Source: an uncultured archaeon (lineage in GTDB: Archaea > Asgardarchaeota > Thorarchaeia > Thorarchaeales > Thorarchaeaceae). From it: a DNA stretch of 32,000 bases. Positions 17,859 through 25,538 of this stretch are shown here, one piece after another. The first letter of the stretch is position 1; the number at the start of each line of letters is the position of its first letter. Below the pieces are notes generated by a model, which searched no databases, had not been told where the DNA came from, and saw only the letters and a list, made by a program, of their open reading frames with translations. The stretch is taken from positions 30,001-62,000 of the forward strand of contig CAZYLT010000010.1 of NCBI GenBank assembly GCA_964648855.1, given 5' to 3'. The position numbers were made by a program, and so were the translations under genes.

Positions 17859-19019
17859 ATGCCGAGAAAAGCAACTCAAGAGATATCAATAATGCAATTC
17901 ACGCCTCAACGCCTCGAGAAATTAAACCGCTTCATGAAGCACGAAGAAGTAGATGCAATCATAGTCACTCGAAGCCAAGATGTACAATATCTCACAGGCT
18001 TTCAAAGCCCACGGCATGATGTTCCCGTTGGCTGCCTGATTCCTGTAGATGAATCGCCAAGGCTTTTGGTGTCCGAGTCACAACAGGAATTAGTTGCACA
18101 AGAGAACCTCTTATCGAGACTGGTCAGCTATGAGGATAGTAGCGAGAAGACGTGGCATCCCCTTTATAATCAATCCTTCTGGAAAAATGTGATTGACTTG
18201 ATTGCTGAGCATTCATTATCCGACGCCATGATTGGTCTTCAGCATGAATGGATCACAGTCAAGGAATTCGATTTGCTGAAATATATGCTCCCGAAGGCGG
18301 GATTCAAGGATTTCTCCAATGTACTATGGAGAATGCGTGAAGTGAAGGATTCCATCGAGATTGATGCAATCATTCAAGCCGTTAGAATTGCGGAGATTGG
18401 TCTGAGAACAGCACTCGAAGTGGTGGCGGCTGGGAAGACGGAGTCTGACACATCTGTTGAAATTGAAGCGGCTATGCGTAGTGCAGGAGGCCAATTGAGG
18501 GGAATTAGAGCAGCTGTTCTGTCTGGTCTGAGAGCTCCTTATAGATTTGCACAGCCCACTTCTGCTCGAATTGACAAAGATTCGCCAGTAATCGTTGATA
18601 TAACTGTGAGTCATGCGGGATATTTCGCTGAAGTTGCAAGGACCTTGCATACCTCACGCCCAACAAACGAACAGAAAGACATGATAAAGAAGAATCATGC
18701 AATCTGTAACTTGCTTGAGGAAAAAATGCAGCCTAATGTCAAGATTTCCGATTTGATGGAGAAGGTTAGCGACAAAATCAGTCTTGAGAGAATAGACTAC
18801 CGGCTGGTTGGATTTGTTGGTAACTCCATTGGGCTAGATTTACGTGAGCCCCCACTATTGGACTCATCAAATCCATCTTCACTTCGGGAGGGTATGATCT
18901 TTTCTGTCCATCCCACATTCTATGATGAAAAATCAGGAAGTGTCAAAACTGCAGACGTATTCCGCATCACTGAGGATGGCTGCGAAAATCTCTCAAGCCT
19001 GTCTCGTGAAACCATGTGA
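17859..19019 (+). CDS. M24 (aminopeptidase P / creatinase fold) protein lacking the dinuclear metal ligands
   Basis: Creatinase_N-like DVQYLTGF; R.VKD..EI; GKTE; VDITVSHAGYFAEVART; GNSIGLDLREPP; LREGMIFSVHPTFY; KTADVFRITEDG. Confidence 0.9.
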   Translation: MPRKATQEISIMQFTPQRLEKLNRFMKHEEVDAIIVTRSQDVQYLTGFQSPRHDVPVGCLIPVDESPRLLVSESQQELVAQENLLSRLVSYEDSSEKTWHPLYNQSFWKNVIDLIAEHSLSDAMIGLQHEWITVKEFDLLKYMLPKAGFKDFSNVLWRMREVKDSIEIDAIIQAVRIAEIGLRTALEVVAAGKTESDTSVEIEAAMRSAGGQLRGIRAAVLSGLRAPYRFAQPTSARIDKDSPVIVDITVSHAGYFAEVARTLHTSRPTNEQKDMIKKNHAICNLLEEKMQPNVKISDLMEKVSDKISLERIDYRLVGFVGNSIGLDLREPPLLDSSNPSSLREGMIFSVHPTFYDEKSGSVKTADVFRITEDGCENLSSLSRETM

Positions 19020-19544
19020 CTATATCGCGTTTCTCCACCGACGCAGTTTTTGAAAGACCTCGGTCATCACTTCTGCGCGAAGCGCCTGCTTTTCAACTTC
19101 ATCTCTTGAGAGTTCCCTCACTTGTGCTGCTGGTGCTCCCGAATTAAGAGACCGAGGTGGAATGACTACATTTGAAGGGATTATACTGCCACTAGTTATC
19201 ATTACTCCCTCGCCAAGAGTTGCTCCATCAAAAATCACACAACCTTCGCCAATCTTGACAGTATCTCCTACATATACACCATGGAGAACAGATGCGGTGC
19301 CGATTACTGTTTTGCTACCAATAATAGCTGGATTCTCTTCATGATGGGCGTGGATTACAACGCTGTCCTGAATACAAGTTGATTGTCCGATTCTGACGGA
19401 TGCTTGGTCCCCTCTGATGACTGCACCGGGCCAAACACAGGATTTTGCTTCAATCTCGACATTTCCAACAATTGTTGCCTGCGGGCTAATGAAGGCCTCC
19501 GGGTCAATAGTCGGATTATGATCACCAAATGGAAGAATAGGCAT
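19020..19544 (-). CDS. gamma-carbonic anhydrase-like hexapeptide-repeat protein
   Basis: P.IDPEAFISPQATIVGNV, WPGAVIRGD, IQDSVVIH, VLHG, SGAPA. Confidence 0.9.
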   Translation of the reverse strand: MPILPFGDHNPTIDPEAFISPQATIVGNVEIEAKSCVWPGAVIRGDQASVRIGQSTCIQDSVVIHAHHEENPAIIGSKTVIGTASVLHGVYVGDTVKIGEGCVIFDGATLGEGVMITSGSIIPSNVVIPPRSLNSGAPAAQVRELSRDEVEKQALRAEVMTEVFQKLRRWRNAI

Positions 19545-19555
19545 TATTTCTTACC

Positions 19556-19921
19556 TCAGCGGAGCTGTTCAATAACATTTTCGTAGTATTCAGCAGGTCT
19601 TAGACCGATAATCCTGTCAGTAGTCTTTTTCTCTCCGGTTCTTGGATTCTCTTCCTCAATCTCAGCAGGCTTGCCATCCTTATATACGAGGACACAAGGG
19701 ATTGCAACAATGTTGTTGGCAGCTGCAAATGACCTATACTCTTGGGTATTTATCTTCACAAATGAAATGTCATCATTGTCTGCGTGTTTATTTTCGAGTT
19801 CTTCAAGAATCGGGCCGAGTGCCAAACAGGGTCCACACCATGGGGCCCAGGCATCAACAAACAGGATTTTCGTTTCTGTAATCCTCTTTTCTATTTCTTC
19901 TGGACTAAAATCGCTTACCAC
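19556..19921 (-). CDS. trxA: thioredoxin
   Basis: VDAWAPWCGPC, cis-Pro loop AIPC. Confidence 0.92.
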   Translation of the reverse strand: MVSDFSPEEIEKRITETKILFVDAWAPWCGPCLALGPILEELENKHADNDDISFVKINTQEYRSFAAANNIVAIPCVLVYKDGKPAEIEEENPRTGEKKTTDRIIGLRPAEYYENVIEQLR

Positions 19922-19999
19922 TACTCTTCACTCCATGACGTATTAACAAATGAGCTGACCTATTCAATATTCCTACTATGAAACTAAAATAAAAACGAA

Positions 20000-20036
20000 T
20001 ACTCCGATTCAGGTATGTTGGTCTGAATCCGGAGTG
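20000..20036 (-). terminator. stem-loop + U-tract terminator after the upstream thioredoxin
   Basis: ACTCCG-ATTCAG...CTGAAT-C-CGGAGT stem; on the - strand followed by TTCGTTTTTATTTT. Confidence 0.6.
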
Positions 20037-20048
20037 TATGCTCGACAT

Positions 20049-20411
20049 CTATGCCGGTGCTTCTGCCAGCAAATTCTCTGCGACCTGTTCATAGACTTCA
20101 GGAGGCATTACTCCGACCAACTTGTCGGTCTTGTTGCCCTGTCCATCATCAAAGACAACTTTCTTGCCCTCTGCATATACAAGCACGCTTGGAACACCAG
20201 TTATTTGATTCTGAGCGCTGAATGTTCGATTCTGATCCACGTCAATCTTTACTACTTTGAGCCCCTTTTCGTTGTATTTGTCATGAAGCTCTTCAAGAAT
20301 TGGTGTCAATGCCTTGCACGGCCCGCACCATACGGCGTGGCAATCTACAAACACTACTTTGTTCTCGGATACAATATTGTCCAACTTATCGGAGTTGATT
20401 TCTTCAACCAT
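20049..20411 (-). CDS. trxA: thioredoxin
   Basis: VDCHAVWCGPC, KIDVDQN, TGVPS. Start reassigned to ATG 20411 (MVEEINSDK) after a GGGAG RBS. Confidence 0.93.
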   Translation of the reverse strand: MVEEINSDKLDNIVSENKVVFVDCHAVWCGPCKALTPILEELHDKYNEKGLKVVKIDVDQNRTFSAQNQITGVPSVLVYAEGKKVVFDDGQGNKTDKLVGVMPPEVYEQVAENLLAEAPA

Positions 20412-20428
20412 TATGTAATCTCCCTTAT

Positions 20429-20455
20429 CGGTTGTGATAATTTCATTCACAACCG
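20429..20455. promoter_or_regulatory. perfect 9-bp inverted repeat (candidate operator) in the thioredoxin promoter
   Basis: CGGTTGTGA-N9-TCACAACCG between a - strand TTTTAA box (20456-20461) and the RBS. Confidence 0.55.
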
Positions 20456-20469
20456 TTAAAAGGCTTTTG

Positions 20470-21654
20470 CTAGCTCGGTGCTTCTTTCTTCGGCAGGGAA
20501 AAATGAAATTGTGATCCCACTCCAACTTTACTCGTTGCCCAAATCTTCCCGTTGTGTTCATCAACAATTCGCTTGGAGATTGCCAAACCCAAACCAGTGC
20601 TCTTTTCTCCCCCTGTCGCCTTTACAGATGTTTTTGTGAATGGCTTGAACAAGCTTGCAATTTCTTTCTGGGGAATTCCTTGTCCCTCATCTACGACCTC
20701 AACAATCACCTCATCTTCCTCGTATATGATTCTCACCAATACTTGGGACCGAGGGTAGGAGTACTTGATTGCGTTACTCACGAGATTCTGAATAACCTGA
20801 CGTATCTTGTCTTTGTCAATCCTGATTTTTTCTTGTTTTCCATCCTCCTCCACTTCTATCTGAATTGACTTCTTTTCAGCGATTGGCTTCAGCATAGTCA
20901 AGACTTCTTCAACCAACGTCGATAAGCTGGTCACCTCCTTCTCCAATTGCACTCTTCCAGACTCAATGGCCGAGAGATCAAGAGCTTCCTCCACGAGATT
21001 CCTCATATAATCAGTATAGTTTTCAATCTGTGCGAGGAATTCAACTTCAGTTTCATCAAGTCTTTCGCTTGCAGATGTTCGCACATATTCACTTGCCATT
21101 TGGATGGCCCCCAGAGGGTTTCGAAGGTCATGAGCAAGCATTCCAAGAAACTGGTTCTTCAAATCAACGAGCCGTTCAAGTTCTTGATTCTTCTTTGCAA
21201 TCTTTCGCTGCATTGTAGATAATTCATTATTCAAGCGCATCAGTTCATTGTGGATTCCATGGATGCGTTTACTTCCCGACTGACTCGTTCTCGCCGCCTC
21301 TTTCAATGCCCTTCTGAACGTGTTGATTTGTTCATTGTCAATTTCTATGAGTATGTTGTAGTAGGTATGCAAATCCTCAATGCTAGAGGCAGCGATTATC
21401 AATATCTTGTCTTCCACCAAGATTCCTGAAAACAAGAAAGTATGAATATGCTCCTCATAGCTAATATTCATCTCCCAATTATATGCTGTTTTTTCTTTAG
21501 CAATTTTCGAGATGAAAAGGTCTACCTTCTGCTCACTACCAGAATCTACGATATTTTTGAGATTGTTACCCACTTTCAGACCGCTCATGCCGCGCGCAGC
21601 ATCAACCAATCCTATAATCTCTCCATCGGGTGTACAGAGAATGCTAAATGCCAT
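20470..21654 (-). CDS. cytoplasmic sensor histidine kinase (PAS-like + coiled coil + HisKA + HATPase)
   Basis: H-box LAHDLRNPL; N-box QNLVSNAIKYS; G1 DEGQGI; F-box LFKPF; G2 STGLGLAI. No TM segment; AAGGAG RBS. Confidence 0.96.
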   Translation of the reverse strand: MAFSILCTPDGEIIGLVDAARGMSGLKVGNNLKNIVDSGSEQKVDLFISKIAKEKTAYNWEMNISYEEHIHTFLFSGILVEDKILIIAASSIEDLHTYYNILIEIDNEQINTFRRALKEAARTSQSGSKRIHGIHNELMRLNNELSTMQRKIAKKNQELERLVDLKNQFLGMLAHDLRNPLGAIQMASEYVRTSASERLDETEVEFLAQIENYTDYMRNLVEEALDLSAIESGRVQLEKEVTSLSTLVEEVLTMLKPIAEKKSIQIEVEEDGKQEKIRIDKDKIRQVIQNLVSNAIKYSYPRSQVLVRIIYEEDEVIVEVVDEGQGIPQKEIASLFKPFTKTSVKATGGEKSTGLGLAISKRIVDEHNGKIWATSKVGVGSQFHFSLPKKEAPS

Positions 21655-21681
21655 GGATTTCTGCTCCTTGTGCGCCTAGTT

Positions 21682-22740
21682 TTACCTGATTATTTCTTCT
21701 GCCATTTCAACGGCCTTCTCTGCAGTTTCCGCAGTGCCATCAGCACGTACTCTTCTCCAGAGGTCAGGATCAATGAAAAACGGATTTCCACCAACAATTA
21801 TCTTCAAGCCATTTAACTCAGAGTCCTTCCTTACTGCTTCTATCAGGTCCCTCACACTTGGGATATTGGTTGTAATGGTTGCTGAGATTGCAAGAATGTC
21901 TGCATTTCGTTCCTTCAGTGTTTCAATGATACTGGATGTTGGAGTGTTAGCTCCCATATAGTACGAATTCCATCCACTCATTTCAAAAAGGTCTGCAACC
22001 ATCCGAACGCCAATTTCGTGAAGCTCGCCGGCAATACAAGTGGCTACGATGGTTTTTGACGATTTTCCTGTGTTCATGACTTGAGGGTACAACTGTGACA
22101 TGATTAGTTGTGTGGCCGCAGTGCAATAATGCTCTTCAGCGACAATGATTTTATTTGTCTGCCACAGGCGGCCAATCTCATGCAGGACCGGCTCAAACAC
22201 CTTAAGGTAGATGTCTTTAATGCTTATACCTTCCTCCACTGCATCAAGAATCATTTTGCTTGCAATCTGCCTGTCTCCCTGAAGAAGCGTATTGAGATAC
22301 TGGGTAGCCAAGACAGACATTGAAGGGTCATCTCCCATAAACGACGGGATGTCCTCCGATGCAGAATCCAAAACGCGAATGCCCTCTTCGATGAATGAAT
22401 GCAACTTCTGTTCTTTATCTAGCGGAAGAGTTTCACCTAGCGCCATCTCGGAACATTGTAGGGCTATTTTGACATTCTCTATAGCTATACCTATGCTTGA
22501 CATAAATGCCCTTACCCACTTCATATACGATTGGAACAGCGTCATGCTGTCCATTTCCATGGCAGAGAGAAGATAAGAGATGTGATACTCGATATCTTCC
22601 TTGCAAATCTCCCAGTCTCTCTCATTCATCTTTTCTTCCAATTCGGGTTGTTTCTCGAGCTGGCATTCAAATACCCTATCTACTAAGTCTATCATGTTAT
22701 CTTGTTTCATTATCGAAATTGGCTTGATTCTCGATGTCAT
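21682..22740 (-). CDS. globin (phycobiliprotein-like) + CarH-type cobalamin-binding domain protein (photoglobin/photocobilin-like)
   Basis: N-terminal CKEDIEYHISYL..A...F.SY..W; B12 cap IGRLWQTNKIIVAEEH (Wx9EH); Rossmann GELHEIG, MGANTP, ISAT, IVGG. ATG 22740 lies 8 nt after GAGGT. Confidence 0.88.
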   Translation of the reverse strand: MTSRIKPISIMKQDNMIDLVDRVFECQLEKQPELEEKMNERDWEICKEDIEYHISYLLSAMEMDSMTLFQSYMKWVRAFMSSIGIAIENVKIALQCSEMALGETLPLDKEQKLHSFIEEGIRVLDSASEDIPSFMGDDPSMSVLATQYLNTLLQGDRQIASKMILDAVEEGISIKDIYLKVFEPVLHEIGRLWQTNKIIVAEEHYCTAATQLIMSQLYPQVMNTGKSSKTIVATCIAGELHEIGVRMVADLFEMSGWNSYYMGANTPTSSIIETLKERNADILAISATITTNIPSVRDLIEAVRKDSELNGLKIIVGGNPFFIDPDLWRRVRADGTAETAEKAVEMAEEIIR

Positions 22741-22881
22741 GTCCAAGTACCTCTGATGAAATGTGGTTTTCAGTGTATCTGTTCAATTCATTTGATGGAT
22801 TTATGTAAAATTCTTACTAGATAAATTGACGGTGAGTGCCAAAATTTGATAAGCTAAGCTCTCAGGTTCAATACGCTTGTC

Positions 22882-25518
22882 TTGGTGATATCGGTGCCTG
22901 TCCTTCATTGCCCTAAATGCGGATCTAAACTCGACATTTTCAAAGGTGGTCCGATATGGACGGTTCGCTGCAGGGCGTGTAGCAGAGAGATATCAGTTGA
23001 CGGGCGCAAGAATGACCTTTTCGATGCGTATGACGCCTATGTCAAGGCTCTAAATGATGGTACATTACTTGCAACTAGTGGAACGGTAGCCAAAAAGAGT
23101 CGAAAGCCCTCCAAGAAACCTAGGATAAGGTCCTCGGGCGACCGGGTACAATCAGAGGATCAAATCGAGAAAAGGGTAGAGGATGGTGGATTAACTCTCG
23201 AAGATTTACCTGAATCTCTCCAAGACCTTCTGAGAACAGGTCGGGACTATCTAGTATCCTATCGGTTTATGGAGGAAACTGATGCAGTCTATGGCACTGC
23301 AGTGGAAGACATGAAGATATCACAGAGATTGAAAGAGTTGCTCAAGGAGAAGGGGATCCATCGCTTGTATCGCTTTCAAGAGCGGGCGTTCAAAAAAATA
23401 GGTGATGGACTTAACGTTGTAATTTCAGCTCCAACCGCTCAGGGCAAAACTGAGGCTTTTGTTCTTCCAATAATCAAACAAATCCTTCTCTCGATTCAAG
23501 AGGCCATGTTCAACCCTGGTGTTCGTGCACTATTGATGTACCCCACCAAGGCCTTGGCTAGAGACCAATATGATAAGATAAAGGAGATGTGTGAAGCCTC
23601 AGGGCTATCTGCTGCAATATTTGATGGAGATGTTTCTCAACACGATAGACGGAAGATTTACGAACGCCCCCCAGACATTCTGTTGACAAATCCAGATATC
23701 TTGCATTATCACTTGGGATGGGATCGTTCTCGCCTAGTTCCACTACTAAGGACAGTCAAATATGTGGTTCTTGATGAGATTCATCTCTACACCGGTTCTA
23801 TGGGGTCAAACATATACTATATTCTGAAGCGTCTCCAAATACAGTGTGGTACATTTCAAAAAATAGGTGCATCTGCTACCATTTCAAACCCCAAGGAATT
23901 TGGTGACCTCATCTTTGATTCCGAAGTAGAACTCATCGAATCAGAGAGTGCAAAACGCGGCCCTATCCATTTCATGATGTATTATCCAGGGGACAGAAGT
24001 AAGTATTCCATGATTGTAGATCTTGTCCAAATGCTTTACCAATCCGATTTTCAGACTCTCGTATTTGGAAATACTCATTCTGAGGCAGAAGTACTCAATA
24101 TGCTGCTTCGAGATACTGGCGTGAACTCGATGGTTCATCGGGCAGGCCTCTCTAAGAAATATCGAAACAAGGTTGAAGAGCAGTTCAGACAAGGCGAACT
24201 CAAGGTACTTGTTTCAACCCCCACCCTTGAACTTGGTATCGACATTGGGGATTTGGATTGTGTAGTGAGCATAATTGTATCAATAACTCGCCTTACGCAA
24301 AGGATTGGGCGTGCGGGACGCAAGGGGCAGGAAAGCGTAGCAATTCTTGCCTTACGAGACAATGACCCAATCTCCTCTTTCTATAGAAGCAAACCAGAGA
24401 AATTCTTCACAGATATTGATGCAGCTTATATGGAACCCGACAATGAGGTTGTGGCTCGGTATCAATTAATCGCTGCTGCAATGAGTGGAAAGATGACTAC
24501 GGAAATGTTTCCCAAACAAGAGAAAGTGCTGCAAAGCCTAGTCGATGAAGGCGTCCTACGAGTCACTGATCGAGGGAAGGTGCAAGTTGCAGATTATGAA
24601 ACCGCTCGGAAGCAATGGAGAAGCTATAGTATCAGGGGCATTGGTGATACAGTTGAAATTCGCCTCAAGCGTAAGAAGCTAGGTGAACGCTCTATGCCCA
24701 TGGCCGCCCAAGAGCTTCATCCCGGAGCCATTTATCTTCATGGTGGCTCAAACTACCTGTGTGTTGATTTCAAGTATCGAGAAGGGCTTGGCAAGGCTGA
24801 TGTAGTGTCTCTTGCCGATCGAAGTGCATATACTAAACCACTCTACTCAACAATGCCAAAAATCATAGAGATACATGAGGAACGGACCGTACTGGGAGCA
24901 AAACTATCCTATTGCACTCTAGAGATGACCCAGACCGTTGACGGATATGTGAAGAAAGAAACACGTTCGGGGAGAATACTGAGTCATCATAATCTTGGCG
25001 AACCAATTGTATACAAATACAGGACCCGTGGTTTTGTATTTAGAGCGCCTGAGCCGAGTAAGTTGATAAACGAGTATCTTGAAGGCAAGATGAAGCACAC
25101 ACATGGTCGTGAGCTAACCCCAATCGAGCTCTATGGAGGAGCTTTTCACGCTTTGGAGCATGTGATTATCGAATCGAGCGACATGCTTACTGGTGGAGGA
25201 ACCCGTGAGATTGGAGGCGTTTCCATGGGTGACTCTGGAATCATCTTTGTATATGATGGAAGTCCCGGCGGAAATGGTGCATCCAAGCTACTCTTTGGTA
25301 GATTCGAAGAGGCTCTTGAACGGGCAAAGACAATCCTTGAAAAATGTGAATGCAAGAAGATTGATGGCTGTCCCCTTTGTACATATTCATATCAATGTGG
25401 AAATAATAATTCACCTCTCTTCAGATATGGTGCCTTGGAGAGTGTAGACCTTCTGTTGAAGAGTGCTGAAACAAAGGCTGATCTTGAGAACTACCAAGGA
25501 TATCAGCCATTGGTGTGA
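22882..25518 (+). CDS. SF2 DEAD/DEAH helicase with C-terminal DUF1998 Zn domain (Hrq1/MrfA/SftH-like) and N-terminal Zn ribbon
   Basis: LYRFQ, APTAQGKT, YPTKALARDQ, DEIH, SAT, TLELGIDIG, QRIGRAGR, YDG.PGGNG, CEC..DGCPLC...QC. Confidence 0.95.
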   Translation: MVISVPVLHCPKCGSKLDIFKGGPIWTVRCRACSREISVDGRKNDLFDAYDAYVKALNDGTLLATSGTVAKKSRKPSKKPRIRSSGDRVQSEDQIEKRVEDGGLTLEDLPESLQDLLRTGRDYLVSYRFMEETDAVYGTAVEDMKISQRLKELLKEKGIHRLYRFQERAFKKIGDGLNVVISAPTAQGKTEAFVLPIIKQILLSIQEAMFNPGVRALLMYPTKALARDQYDKIKEMCEASGLSAAIFDGDVSQHDRRKIYERPPDILLTNPDILHYHLGWDRSRLVPLLRTVKYVVLDEIHLYTGSMGSNIYYILKRLQIQCGTFQKIGASATISNPKEFGDLIFDSEVELIESESAKRGPIHFMMYYPGDRSKYSMIVDLVQMLYQSDFQTLVFGNTHSEAEVLNMLLRDTGVNSMVHRAGLSKKYRNKVEEQFRQGELKVLVSTPTLELGIDIGDLDCVVSIIVSITRLTQRIGRAGRKGQESVAILALRDNDPISSFYRSKPEKFFTDIDAAYMEPDNEVVARYQLIAAAMSGKMTTEMFPKQEKVLQSLVDEGVLRVTDRGKVQVADYETARKQWRSYSIRGIGDTVEIRLKRKKLGERSMPMAAQELHPGAIYLHGGSNYLCVDFKYREGLGKADVVSLADRSAYTKPLYSTMPKIIEIHEERTVLGAKLSYCTLEMTQTVDGYVKKETRSGRILSHHNLGEPIVYKYRTRGFVFRAPEPSKLINEYLEGKMKHTHGRELTPIELYGGAFHALEHVIIESSDMLTGGGTREIGGVSMGDSGIIFVYDGSPGGNGASKLLFGRFEEALERAKTILEKCECKKIDGCPLCTYSYQCGNNNSPLFRYGALESVDLLLKSAETKADLENYQGYQPLV

Positions 25519-25538
25519 TAGATGGAGGATGCTGGAAA

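Noticed and set aside
19556-20411. Selenoprotein/SECIS hypothesis for the thioredoxins and their 3' hairpin
   Set aside because: Both active sites are encoded by Cys codons, there is no in-frame TGA, and the hairpin lacks a recognisable SECIS core.
20412-20567. N-terminal extension of thioredoxin overlapping the kinase (similar extensions on tpiA, osmC, nurA)
   Set aside because: Artefact of longest-ORF calling; downstream ATGs fit family length and RBS/TATA positions.
17286-22880. Possible island integrated at tRNA-Arg carrying the sensor/kinase cassette
   Set aside because: No integrase or transposase, no duplicated tRNA 3' end noticed, and no obvious compositional shift.
22741-22881. Cobalamin riboswitch upstream of the B12-binding gene
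   Set aside because: Only ~140 AT-rich nt shared with a divergent promoter and no B12-box seen; the weak nested ATTTAT/GTAA inverted repeat is plausible by chance.
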